Positions 42,824 to 51,282 of a stretch of DNA of 64,000 bases are shown here, piece by piece. The notes beneath the pieces were generated by a model. The model was not told the DNA's origin and did not search any database. It saw nothing but the letters and a program-made list of their open reading frames with translations. Both the position numbers and the translations under genes were made by a program. The stretch's first letter is position 1, and every line of letters starts with the position of its first letter. This DNA is from Klebsiella phage KMI11. The stretch lies in the sequence record MN101225.1. The stretch is one strand, 5' to 3'.

Positions 42824-43273
42824 ATGGATATTGGTTCAGGTAGTTCATATCCATCATGTGCTTTGAGCAACTTTGCTCCTCATAAATTTATCTATGATGG
42901 CGTAGAATGTGCATCAATGGAGGGATTCTTGCAGTCCCTCAAATTTTCTTCGCCTGAAATGCAAGCACATGTATGTACATTAGTTGGTAAATCGGCTAAG
43001 TTCAAAGGTAAAAAGAAACGGTGGTGGCCAACTCAAACACTTTATTGGAAAGGCGTGCCAATCCATCGTGCTTCAGAAGCGTATCAGAATTTACTGACAG
43101 GAGCATACGATGCACTTAGTAAAAATGAAGGATTCAGAAAAGCTTTGGCTGCTACCCGGAATGCTACGCTCACTCACAGTATGGGCAAAAACAAAATTTC
43201 TGAAACGATTTTGACTGAACGCGAATTCTGTAATCAACTTTATCGTTTGAGAAATGCTATAAATAATCAGTAA
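42824..43273 (+). CDS. NADAR (YbiA-like) domain protein; predicted ADP-ribose N-glycosidase
   Basis: ALSNFAPHKFIYDGVECASMEGFLQSLKF and GFRKALAATRNATLTH follow the YbiA/NADAR pattern (LSNF...F..G..F.S.E..FQ..KF). ATGA overlap with the upstream ORF. Confidence 0.6.
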   Translation: MDIGSGSSYPSCALSNFAPHKFIYDGVECASMEGFLQSLKFSSPEMQAHVCTLVGKSAKFKGKKKRWWPTQTLYWKGVPIHRASEAYQNLLTGAYDALSKNEGFRKALAATRNATLTHSMGKNKISETILTEREFCNQLYRLRNAINNQ

Positions 43274-43284
43274 TATAATTATCT

Positions 43285-43412
43285 TGTTCAGTGTTGAAAT
43301 CGGTAGACATGGTGACGGACACCTTTTGAGCTCGCATATTGCATCATATGCTGGCGACGGTGGTAAATCGCTGACGGAATCAGTCGTGCAGGTTCGAGTC
43401 CTGCCTGAACAA
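43285..43412 (+). ncRNA. tRNA-like stable RNA of ~128 nt (tRNA 3' half plus an insertion); resembles T4 species 1/2 RNAs or a degenerate tRNA
   Basis: 5' TGTTCAG pairs with 3' CTGAACA. Perfect T-arm GCAGG-TTCGAGT-CCTGC. D-loop-like AAATCGGTAGA. No canonical anticodon arm and no encoded CCA. It abuts tRNA-Arg. Confidence 0.4.
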
Positions 43413-43415
43413 TCT

Positions 43416-43492
43416 CGGGGCATAGCTCAGTTGGATAGAGCAGCGGACTTCTAATCCGCAGGTCGAAGGTTCGAATCCTTCTGCCTCGACCA
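43416..43492 (+). tRNA. tRNA-Arg (UCU)
   Basis: Acceptor CGGGGCA/TGCCTCG, D-arm GCTCAGTTGGATAGAGC, anticodon loop CUUCUAA, T-loop TTCGAAT, ACCA. Confidence 0.8.
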
Positions 43493-43496
43493 TTTC

Positions 43497-43581
43497 GCAT
43501 CGATGGTGGAACTGGTATACACAGGAGACTTAAAATCTCCCGCCGCAAGGATTGAGGGTTCGAATCCCTCTCGGTGCACCA
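43497..43581 (+). tRNA. tRNA-Leu (UAA), type II
   Basis: Acceptor GCATCGA/TCGGTGC, anticodon stem GGAGA/TCTCC, loop CUUAAAA, long variable arm, T-arm GAGGGTTCGAATCCCTC, ACCA. Confidence 0.8.
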
Positions 43582-43583
43582 AA

Positions 43584-43681
43584 TTAAGACCCCGGGAATA
43601 GTTGCTTAAACTTAGTGAGGAATTCAACGGCAGATACGTCTGTGCAACTACATAAGGTTCGAATCCTTATTTCCGTCTTAA
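43584..43681 (+). ncRNA. tRNA-like element of ~98 nt between tRNA-Leu and tRNA-Thr (pseudo-tRNA or stable RNA)
   Basis: 5' TTAAGAC pairs with 3' GTCTTAA. T-arm ATAAGG-TTCGAAT-CCTTAT. Internal hairpin CAGA-TACG-TCTG. It does not fold as a standard cloverleaf. Confidence 0.35.
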
Positions 43682-43757
43682 GCCGATTTAGCTCAGCTGG
43701 TAGAGCGCTTCACTTGTAATGAAGATGTCGCGGGTTCGACTCCTGCAATCGGCACCA
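43682..43757 (+). tRNA. tRNA-Thr (UGU)
   Basis: Acceptor GCCGATT/AATCGGC, anticodon loop CUUGUAA, T-loop TTCGACT, ACCA. Confidence 0.8.
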
Positions 43758-43958
43758 AATTCGAAGGGAAACTTGCGTATGCCCTCGTTGAGTCGTCAGA
43801 TAGAAGAGAATGGTTCGTCCATTGCCGCTAGTCGGTTGTTCCCTGTCGCAAGCATAACCTCCTGACGCTATACTCCTTTGGATGAGACTGATGCCTCCGA
43901 GTTCAAAGGAATGAATTTAGCAGGTCATCTGCCAGTAGGTGATGCTGTCGATTCTCAG

Positions 43959-43986
43959 AGCCCTGTCTTCGGACGGGGCTTTTTAG
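43959..43986 (+). terminator. strong rho-independent terminator closing the tRNA region
   Basis: 9-bp stem AGCCCTGTC-TTCG-GACGGGGCT followed by TTTTT. Confidence 0.7.
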
Positions 43987-44124
43987 TATACAATAATACC
44001 GCAATTATAGCCCAGATACCTTCTAGAGGTCGTCTGGGCATTTCTATATCCCCAGCTGTATAAATCCATTCTACTCTCTAGAAAGTCCTTCCAGATTCCC
44101 TAAAATTATTTGAAAATTTGTGCA

Positions 44125-44163
44125 CAAAGTTGTTTACATCAGTAGTCAACTAGGTTACTATAG
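44125..44163 (+). promoter_or_regulatory. T4-type early promoter
   Basis: AAAGTTGTTTACA at -35, and the -10 lies within AGGTTACTATAG (TACTAT at 44157-44162). Confidence 0.5.
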
Positions 44164-44198
44164 CTACATCGAAACAAAACAGAGTAACGGAGAATAAA

Positions 44199-44489
44199 AT
44201 GTCTAAATTCAACTTTATCCAAATTGAACGTGGTTATAATCAATATGGTACTCCTGATCGTTATCGTGCAGTTTGGATTAAAGGTGAACACGAGAATGCA
44301 GTATTCAACGTAGCAGAAACCCGTGAACTGAAAGATTTGATTAAGCATGTTCGCAAAGATTGGCCTGCTGTTGAAGAGTACTACGTTCGAGTTTACCATG
44401 AAGAAGCTGCTACGGTTCAAATGGCTATCAAGTTTGCTAAAACCGTTCCTGCTTTGGTTAAACGAATTGAAGCGGTAATTAACTGCTAA
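44199..44489 (+). CDS. hypothetical protein
   Basis: 96-aa ORF with a GGAGAATAAAATG RBS. Confidence 0.5.
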   Translation: MSKFNFIQIERGYNQYGTPDRYRAVWIKGEHENAVFNVAETRELKDLIKHVRKDWPAVEEYYVRVYHEEAATVQMAIKFAKTVPALVKRIEAVINC

Positions 44490-44507
44490 TAATTTTGGGG
44501 AGTTATA

Positions 44508-44771
44508 ATGAACTCCCCGCCTACTGAGGAAATTGATATGTATCAGGATAAGTTGAGATTAGTAGCGCAAACTTATTTTAAATCTTTTGCTAGGCTGTTT
44601 GGTGAAACTCCAAATTTTCCATCCGGTGAAGAACGAATGGCTGCTCTGAAAACTATTGAGAACCTGGTGATTTCAACTTACAATGAGTTTGCCGATGACC
44701 CGGCGGTTAATCGTCTTGTTGATATCGCAGTTTTGGACAAAATGGAGGAACTCATTAATGCATACAAATGA
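44508..44771 (+). CDS. hypothetical protein
   Basis: 87-aa ORF with a GGGGAGTTATAATG RBS. Confidence 0.45.
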   Translation: MNSPPTEEIDMYQDKLRLVAQTYFKSFARLFGETPNFPSGEERMAALKTIENLVISTYNEFADDPAVNRLVDIAVLDKMEELINAYK

Positions 44772-44985
44772 AGTTCCAAAAACCCTTGCTGATATTCGTC
44801 TTGAAGCTAAAATAGCCATCGAGCGTTTAATTAAAGCAACAGTAGAAGAAGGCAAAGAGTCTGTACTTATTCTCGGATTAGAATCATATGTTACTGATTA
44901 CATCGAGATATTCGAGCGCAGCAAAAATGAACAGGGTCTAATCATTAAACCATATGTTTATGATTGGATTAATCCGTACGAATAA
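44758..44985 (+). CDS. hypothetical protein
   Basis: MHTNEVPKT start overlapping the upstream stop. The longer listed ORF (44683) overlaps the upstream gene. Confidence 0.4.
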   Translation: MHTNEVPKTLADIRLEAKIAIERLIKATVEEGKESVLILGLESYVTDYIEIFERSKNEQGLIIKPYVYDWINPYE

Positions 44986-45015
44986 AACCACCCATAACTA
45001 TTGAAAGGAAATAAA

Positions 45016-45609
45016 ATGTCTATTCTGAAAAAACTTGTTGAATTCATCCGTTCTAAATTCGGTACCTTCGTTGCACAGAACACTTCTGTTGAAGACCAGT
45101 ACACCACTGCAGCAAATCGTATTATTGATGAAATCACTAAACTGCGTACCACGCATGTTAAATCAGTAAATGAAGAAAAGCGTCTGCTGAAACTTGCTGA
45201 CGAAAAAGACCAGGCAGGTGCTTCCAAAGAGCGTGAAATTCGTCGCTTGATGGCAGAAGGTATGAATGTAGAAACCCATGCTAAACTGGGTCTTCTGTAT
45301 CGTCGTACTGCTAAGGCTTTACGTGATAAAGCTGCCGAATATAAAGAAATGCGGGCCCAAATTGAAGAAACTGTAGTTAAGCTTGATGACCAGCGTCTTG
45401 ATTTGGCAGTGAAACTCGAATACATCCGTGAGACCCGTAATGCTTCTGCTCTGGGTATTACCTCTGCTGATGACGTGATTGAAATCGCGGAACTCGCTAA
45501 AGTAGATGTACAAGACATCATGATGAAAGTTGAAACCTTCAGCGGTACTCAGCCTGGTATTGAAACCACCACTGCTGATGTCCATGAATATCTGGAAAGT
45601 CTGAAGTAA
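45016..45609 (+). CDS. coiled-coil protein, possibly PspA/IM30-like
   Basis: [15 protein letters not shown] amphipathic N-terminus followed by a long charged coiled coil. The profile loosely resembles PspA. RBS AAAGGAAATAAAATG. Followed by a GGGGCC-TTCG-GGCCCC terminator. Confidence 0.4.
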   Translation: MSILKKLVEFIRSKFGTFVAQNTSVEDQYTTAANRIIDEITKLRTTHVKSVNEEKRLLKLADEKDQAGASKEREIRRLMAEGMNVETHAKLGLLYRRTAKALRDKAAEYKEMRAQIEETVVKLDDQRLDLAVKLEYIRETRNASALGITSADDVIEIAELAKVDVQDIMMKVETFSGTQPGIETTTADVHEYLESLK

Positions 45610-45613
45610 TTTT

Positions 45614-45636
45614 ACCGGGGCCTTCGGGCCCCTAAC
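45614..45636 (+). terminator. hairpin terminator
   Basis: GGGGCC-TTCG-GGCCCC, with weak T content downstream. Confidence 0.45.
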
Positions 45637-46239
45637 TTGGATAATAAAATGTTATATGAATGCGCTGGAGATATTCCAATGGCAACACCTCAAATTAAAG
45701 AATTAATTGCAGCAGGATTCCCAACAGAAATCACTGATGTTCTCGAAAAATTTGCTTATCCTGATACTCGGCCTGAAAATTGGAAAACTCGCTATAACGG
45801 GTATAACACCACAGTTTTGCCGCGGGCTATCGTTCTTAAAGACTATTCCAAGCTGAAAAACTTAATTTCTAATATTTCGTCTATTTCCGACGGAGTTAAG
45901 CTTGTAGATATCTTTGCACTTCGGTACGGAATTTATTCTTTCAACGATTCTCCGTCAAATCTAACATCAGCTCGTGCTAATGCCGATGGATATTTTACCT
46001 CTAGCTCCACAACATATACAGTAGTTATCGAGATTATCTATAATAAAACTAGTTATCGTCTCGGTATTAACCTGGTTAAATACGTGACATCTCAGGATGA
46101 TTATAGCAATTATTTAAATTACTGCGTCAATGAATTGCCCCAAAAAGTCATGGGTATGTTTGACTCTAACAACATGGTAGGCAAACAATTAATCATTGAT
46201 GAATTTATCAAATATTGCCGTAAGAGGGTGCAGAAATGA
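45637..46239 (+). CDS. hypothetical protein
   Basis: 200-aa ORF. Confidence 0.45.
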   Translation: MDNKMLYECAGDIPMATPQIKELIAAGFPTEITDVLEKFAYPDTRPENWKTRYNGYNTTVLPRAIVLKDYSKLKNLISNISSISDGVKLVDIFALRYGIYSFNDSPSNLTSARANADGYFTSSSTTYTVVIEIIYNKTSYRLGINLVKYVTSQDDYSNYLNYCVNELPQKVMGMFDSNNMVGKQLIIDEFIKYCRKRVQK

Positions 46240-46595
46240 GTAATTTATATCTGCCAAGTGAACCTCCCGTTTATAATTATGTCTATAAATTTGACCAAAT
46301 TGATTATGCCCTTGTTCCTGGTATTGGTGCAACTGTCGGCGCAATGTGTACCTTTACCGCGATTGGTATCATGCAGTTAACTGATATTACACCGGCAGTG
46401 TTATTCGGAATTCTGCTTGCATGGTGGGGAACTAGTTTGCTCATCATGGGATTAATTGAATGTTCCCGATGGGTTAAATGGTCTCGCAATAATTATAAGC
46501 GTAAAGCTGAATGGAAAGAACAGTGCAAGAATTTAACTCTTGAATGGAATCGCAAAAAGTCGTTTGAGTTTATTAAAGAGGTGAGAAGAAAATGA
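46236..46595 (+). CDS. small membrane protein
   Basis: Two predicted TM helices; ATGA overlap with its neighbour. Confidence 0.45.
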   Translation: MSNLYLPSEPPVYNYVYKFDQIDYALVPGIGATVGAMCTFTAIGIMQLTDITPAVLFGILLAWWGTSLLIMGLIECSRWVKWSRNNYKRKAEWKEQCKNLTLEWNRKKSFEFIKEVRRK

Positions 46596-46888
46596 ATGAA
46601 TATAAACCCGACGGATTTTGGAATCAAGATGGGCTCGCGCCAGGTTTTGGAATTGTGACATGGATTTTATATTGTGCTTTTGTAATTGTTGGAGGGACAT
46701 TCTTTGGATTGAACGTCTCAGAGTTTATGATTATGCTTTTATTTTTAGGTGTTTTCGCATTCAGCCTCATGTGGATGCTAATTATCGCGTTGATTAATTG
46801 CTGCACATTTTTAGCTTACCGTATGAAATACAAGAAGTGGAAAGAAAAAGAAGATTTCAACACCTGGATTAGGAGCTGCAGAAAATGA
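46592..46888 (+). CDS. small membrane protein
   Basis: Hydrophobic helices; ATGA-coupled. Confidence 0.45.
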   Translation: MNEYKPDGFWNQDGLAPGFGIVTWILYCAFVIVGGTFFGLNVSEFMIMLLFLGVFAFSLMWMLIIALINCCTFLAYRMKYKKWKEKEDFNTWIRSCRK

Positions 46889-47211
46889 TTAAAACTTGTT
46901 ATCGTGGAATGATTAAAGACGATGAGCCTGGGTATTTTTTCCTATTTCTGCTTATCTGGTTTTCATTTTCAGCTTTTGTTGGATTTGGGACTTTTTGGGG
47001 TTTTTACTTCTTTTCACCAATCTTTGGAGATACTTTGTTCTATTTAGGTTGGATGTCAGGTGTTGGAACTTGGTTTGCAATGCTTGCTCGTTGGTTGCAA
47101 TTCGTTTCCCAGCGACAGCGGGGTGTATTTGATAAGCCCAAAGTAAAGAAAGAAAAATCTAAAGATGATTCTCGTAATGAAACTTTATCCTGGATTAAGG
47201 AGATGAAATAA
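46885..47211 (+). CDS. small membrane protein
   Basis: Hydrophobic helices; ATGA-coupled. Confidence 0.45.
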   Translation: MIKTCYRGMIKDDEPGYFFLFLLIWFSFSAFVGFGTFWGFYFFSPIFGDTLFYLGWMSGVGTWFAMLARWLQFVSQRQRGVFDKPKVKKEKSKDDSRNETLSWIKEMK

Positions 47212-47447
47212 TGGCTGTTGCAGTGCATGTAAAATTTGAAAACGGTGATACTCGCCTTCTGTGTTACAGTGATAACGAATCACTGAGCGGTATCGAGATT
47301 TCACTTAAAGAAGAACTGCTTGGTATTAATGGACCTATCTGTGATTTCTCAGTAGAGGGTTCATATAATTGTGATGGTGTACTAGAGTCTATGGTCTATA
47401 CTGCCATGGAAGATATTCTTGAAGAAAGTTGGAATGAATGCCAATGA
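47211..47447 (+). CDS. hypothetical acidic protein
   Basis: 78-aa ORF, coupled to its neighbours. Confidence 0.4.
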   Translation: MAVAVHVKFENGDTRLLCYSDNESLSGIEISLKEELLGINGPICDFSVEGSYNCDGVLESMVYTAMEDILEESWNECQ

Positions 47448-47890
47448 AAGAGCTCAGTGCAGGAATCTTATTCTTTACCGATGACAAACGGCTTTTCATG
47501 GGTCGTATGACAAATACATATGTCAAGGGCAGAGGCTCTAGATGGGATATTCCGAAAGGTCATGTTGAGCCTGGTGAAACACCGAAAGAAGCTGCTATTC
47601 GTGAATGCCAGGAAGAAACAGGGTTTACTGGGTTTGACCAGGACTTCTTATATGACCTCGGACGACACGATTATGACAGCAATAAGGATATTCATTTGTT
47701 TGGATATATGCTCCCTGTGAACCCAGAAGTGTTTAAGAATTGCTGTTGCACAGCTTACCATAAAGATGAAAATGGAATTTCTTTCCCGGAAACCGACGCA
47801 TTTGCTTTAATTAAACCTTCTCAATGGAAATATGTGATGGGACCAAGTTTGTATAAAATCATGACACAAATGTATAGCACAGCTCAGTGA
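47438..47890 (+). CDS. nudE: Nudix hydrolase
   Basis: Nudix box GHVEPGETPKEAAIRECQEETG. Lies directly upstream of e, as T4 nudE does. Confidence 0.8.
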   Translation: MPMKELSAGILFFTDDKRLFMGRMTNTYVKGRGSRWDIPKGHVEPGETPKEAAIRECQEETGFTGFDQDFLYDLGRHDYDSNKDIHLFGYMLPVNPEVFKNCCCTAYHKDENGISFPETDAFALIKPSQWKYVMGPSLYKIMTQMYSTAQ

Positions 47891-47897
47891 GGTTATT

Positions 47898-48206
47898 ATG
47901 GAAGAAGCCATTGAATTAGGCATTCCACACATTTATAAGCATGAGCTACGATTTATTCACGATGGAAAATGGGTTAGCATATTTCATCCTAGAGATAAAA
48001 TGTCGCGTATACTAATGAAATCACGATACGTCTTCGGTGACGGCGAGTATACAAAATCAGCATATTACATAGCAGAACAGCTATATCCGGGATTTAGTGA
48101 ATTGCCCGAGGACGATAAAAGAGATTATGTATGGTGGAAAGATAAATGGACGCCGTATGAAAATTGCAGCATTGACATGTTTATAGCCAAGTGTAGGGCC
48201 AAATAA
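47898..48206 (+). CDS. hypothetical protein
   Basis: 102-aa ORF between nudE and e. Confidence 0.45.
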   Translation: MEEAIELGIPHIYKHELRFIHDGKWVSIFHPRDKMSRILMKSRYVFGDGEYTKSAYYIAEQLYPGFSELPEDDKRDYVWWKDKWTPYENCSIDMFIAKCRAK

Positions 48207-48235
48207 ATACTCCTATAATTTAATAGGAGGTCCTT

Positions 48236-48730
48236 ATGGATATTTTTGGCATGCTGCGTATTGATGAAGGATACGATAGCAAAATTTATAAAGATACCGA
48301 AGGGTATTGGACCATTGGTATTGGCCACTTACTGACTAAAGACCCGTCAAAATCTTTGGCTATTTCTAACCTGGACAAGCTAGTAGGTCGTTCTACAGGT
48401 GGACAAATTACTCAGGCTGAGGCAGAAGTAATTTTTGCCAAAGATGTTGAGAAGGCAATTAAAGGTATTGTTGCTAATGCTACATTAAACCCGGTATATA
48501 ATGTATTAGATGATGTTCGTAGAGCTGCTCTGGTTAACATGGTATTCCAAATGGGTGTGTCTGGTGTAGCCGGGTTCCCAGCTTCAATGAAGTTATTACT
48601 CGCTAAAAAGTGGGAAGCTGCTGCCAAGGAACTTGCAAATTCACGTTGGTATCGTCAGACGCCAAATCGTGCTCGTCGTGTAATTGAAACAATGCGGACC
48701 GGAACTTGGTCTGCTTATCAAGGAAAATAA
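48236..48730 (+). CDS. e: endolysin (T4 lysozyme)
   Basis: M(D/N)IF(G/E)MLRIDEG...[20 protein letters not shown]...[24 protein letters not shown] is collinear with T4 lysozyme. 164 aa, the same as T4. Confidence 0.95.
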   Translation: MDIFGMLRIDEGYDSKIYKDTEGYWTIGIGHLLTKDPSKSLAISNLDKLVGRSTGGQITQAEAEVIFAKDVEKAIKGIVANATLNPVYNVLDDVRRAALVNMVFQMGVSGVAGFPASMKLLLAKKWEAAAKELANSRWYRQTPNRARRVIETMRTGTWSAYQGK

Positions 48731-49210
48731 ATGAAAACTTATCAAGAATTTTTAAATGAATCCCGTTTAGCAACAGTTGGCGTAATGACTGAGTCTGTTG
48801 GAAGTAATCTTCTGAAATTTAAAAAAGGTCAGAAGATGACCGCCACGTTAGAAGATGGTACAGAAATTGAAATGGACGTTGTTGGATATAACTACGTAGT
48901 AGACGGCAAGTTATATAATAAGAGCCATGCCAAGTTTGATTCATTTGATGATTTCACCTCTTCTATTGAAGATGAGTCTTCTCGCAAAGCAGTAGCATCT
49001 GGCGATGCACGCTCCTTAATGGCACTTGGTCATGAGCGTATTAAGTCTAAGCAGAACAAACCTGGCGAAGATAACTTTGCATTAGTAGGTTATCAGTCTG
49101 GCAAAACTTCTAACGGTTACCAACGTACTGTCACTATGTACATGCGTAATGGTAAAATTGCATTCGTAAACGATCGCGGCGCTATTCGTTACGCTAAATC
49201 AATTAAGTAG
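48731..49210 (+). CDS. internal protein (IP) with capsid-targeting leader MKTYQEFLNE
   Basis: N-terminal MKTYQEFxxE matches the T4 capsid-targeting sequence, which the gp21 protease cleaves after LxE. Sits in the ipII/ipIII position next to e. Confidence 0.65.
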   Translation: MKTYQEFLNESRLATVGVMTESVGSNLLKFKKGQKMTATLEDGTEIEMDVVGYNYVVDGKLYNKSHAKFDSFDDFTSSIEDESSRKAVASGDARSLMALGHERIKSKQNKPGEDNFALVGYQSGKTSNGYQRTVTMYMRNGKIAFVNDRGAIRYAKSIK

Positions 49211-49242
49211 TTTACATTGAGACGGTAATGTGGTATAGTAGC
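49204..49242 (+). promoter_or_regulatory. early promoter GTTTACA-N19-TATAGT
   Basis: -35 GTTTAC at 49210-49215 and -10 TATAGT at 49235-49240. Confidence 0.45.
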
Positions 49243-49291
49243 CTTATTAAATGAAGGCTACTATGACACGCATTAACTTAAAGGATATAAA

Positions 49292-49864
49292 ATGAAAACC
49301 TATAAAGAATTTATCACCGAAGCTTCTGTAGGAAAGGTCCAAGGCATTAATAAAGATGAGTGGACCTACCGAGGAAACGGTTTTGACCCTAAAACAGCTC
49401 CTATTGAGCGGTATTTAGCTACAAAGGCTTCCGACTTTAAAGCCTTCGCCTGGGAAGGACTTCGCTGGCGTAACGATCTAAATATTGAAGCCGATGGGCT
49501 TAAATTTGGTCATATTCAAGATGTTGTTGCTAGTAACTTAGACGCAGCTTTTGTTAAAGCCGATGCAGACCTTCGCCGTTGGAATTTAAAACTATTCTCT
49601 AAACAGAAAGGCCCGGTATTTGTACCTAAAGCAGGTAAATGGGTTATTGATAATAAATTGGCTAAGGCTGTCAACTTTGCAGGCCTCGAATTCGCCAAGC
49701 ATAAGGCAGCCTGGAAAAATCTTGACGCCATGGCTTTCCGTAAAGAATTCGCCGAGGTTATGGCTAAAGGCGGATTTAAGGCAGATTTAGATACCACTAA
49801 AGGTACGTTTAAAGACGCTAATGTTCAATACGCTTACGCCGTTGCTAATGCAGCCCGTAATTAA
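49292..49864 (+). CDS. internal protein (IP) with capsid-targeting leader MKTYKEFITE
   Basis: Leader is identical to that of the next IP gene. Basic protein. Confidence 0.65.
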   Translation: MKTYKEFITEASVGKVQGINKDEWTYRGNGFDPKTAPIERYLATKASDFKAFAWEGLRWRNDLNIEADGLKFGHIQDVVASNLDAAFVKADADLRRWNLKLFSKQKGPVFVPKAGKWVIDNKLAKAVNFAGLEFAKHKAAWKNLDAMAFRKEFAEVMAKGGFKADLDTTKGTFKDANVQYAYAVANAARN

Positions 49865-50056
49865 AACTAATTCCTAATAAAGCTAAACACGACCTCTCCT
49901 CATGAACGTCGAGTCCTCTGAGTGAAGTAGCTTTCCCTACCTGTAATAAGGTCGAGCGCAAGTGCGGTAAGGGGTTTACATAGTGTGTCGATGGATTAAA
50001 CATGTGCCAAGGAATGGCCCCATTTAATTTAAAACTTTACCATTCTAGGATATAAA

Positions 50057-50362
50057 ATGAAAACTTATAAAGAATTTATCACCGAAGCAAAAGCACCAAA
50101 AGTATTCCAGATCTGTACCCAAGGAAATTTGGATAAAGAATTCGTCGATGCTATTGTGTCAAATCTTCGTAAGGAAGGCGTGCAAGTAGATTCAGTTGAA
50201 TGGACCAAAGGCAGTGATAATTTTATTATTACTGTATCTAAAGGTTCTTTGGCTAAAATTAAAAAGTCTTGGGGTGTAATGCGTGCTTATGATTTAAGCC
50301 ATGACGGCGATCAAGCCAAAGTACGAATGAATACCCTTAAGGGAGGCCGGGAATACGTTTAG
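50057..50362 (+). CDS. internal protein (IP) with capsid-targeting leader MKTYKEFITE
   Basis: The first 14 codons and the RBS (GGATATAAAATG) are nearly identical to those of the 49292 gene. Confidence 0.65.
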   Translation: MKTYKEFITEAKAPKVFQICTQGNLDKEFVDAIVSNLRKEGVQVDSVEWTKGSDNFIITVSKGSLAKIKKSWGVMRAYDLSHDGDQAKVRMNTLKGGREYV

Positions 50363-50440
50363 ACTTATTGCCTATACTTATCAAAATATTACACGGACTA
50401 AGCACGCGCCAAGGAATGGCCCCTTTAACTGGAATCTAAA

Positions 50441-50974
50441 ATGAAACACTTAACTCCCATTTATTTGACCCTGATGCATGCTTTCAGAGACGCTGCAGAC
50501 AGACGATTGAATAATCCCAACTACAGTTTTTATGAACCGTCTTGCCTTATGCGAGAGTACGGTACCCTTCGTCTAGACGGTGGAAGACAAACCGGAAAGA
50601 CTGCAGCCTTATGTCAATTCGCTACCGATTGGTTGCTTGAAGATGGTTCGGTTATAATCTTATCTACTCGATACACACAATCATCTGAATTGATGGAAGG
50701 TATTCTACGAGAATATAATTCATCGCATTTAATTAATAAATTACCGGCTAACGAGATAGCTAAATCAATTGTTCCGATGACAATCAGGGAATTTCTATCC
50801 AATGATTCCTCTTACAAGTTTAGGGGAAGAAAGTTTGGAAGAGCATTAATTATCATTGAAGAACCAATGAAAGTTCCCGATATGATGAAGTTCTATGATA
50901 TGTACCAGGAAGCTATCAGATGGTCTATGCCTAATGATACCTTACCTTTATTTTTCGTGATAGGAATGCAATGA
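50441..50974 (+). CDS. P-loop containing hypothetical protein
   Basis: Walker-A-like GGRQTGKT and a hydrophobic acidic motif LIIIEEP. Confidence 0.45.
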   Translation: MKHLTPIYLTLMHAFRDAADRRLNNPNYSFYEPSCLMREYGTLRLDGGRQTGKTAALCQFATDWLLEDGSVIILSTRYTQSSELMEGILREYNSSHLINKLPANEIAKSIVPMTIREFLSNDSSYKFRGRKFGRALIIIEEPMKVPDMMKFYDMYQEAIRWSMPNDTLPLFFVIGMQ

Positions 50975-51282
50975 TGACACAGACAGAAATTGTTGATATG
51001 ATTACAGTAATGGAAAATACAGGATTTGCCGATATGAAGCAATTAATAACAATGGTTACGGCTGGCAACCTGCTTGAGTACAAGCGCTACAAGTTTCTGT
51101 CTGGTCCGTTTAAAGGTGCAGAATTCATTTCTAACGCTCCTAACACGAAGTGGATGAATCGCTATCCTAATTTTAGAATTGAGTTTATATCCGGTAAGCT
51201 CAAAGGCGTGATTAGTTCAAGCTTAATCACATATGACCAACGCATTCAAGAGAAAACAATGCAATGGCTGAAATTGTTATAA
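50971..51282 (+). CDS. hypothetical protein
   Basis: 103-aa ORF, ATGA-coupled. Confidence 0.4.
   Translation: MMTQTEIVDMITVMENTGFADMKQLITMVTAGNLLEYKRYKFLSGPFKGAEFISNAPNTKWMNRYPNFRIEFISGKLKGVISSSLITYDQRIQEKTMQWLKLL

Noticed and set aside
43878-44063. 61-aa ORF between tRNA-Thr and the next promoter
   Set aside because: It spans the strong terminator hairpin at 43959-43986 and has no RBS. It is more likely a non-coding 3' trailer.
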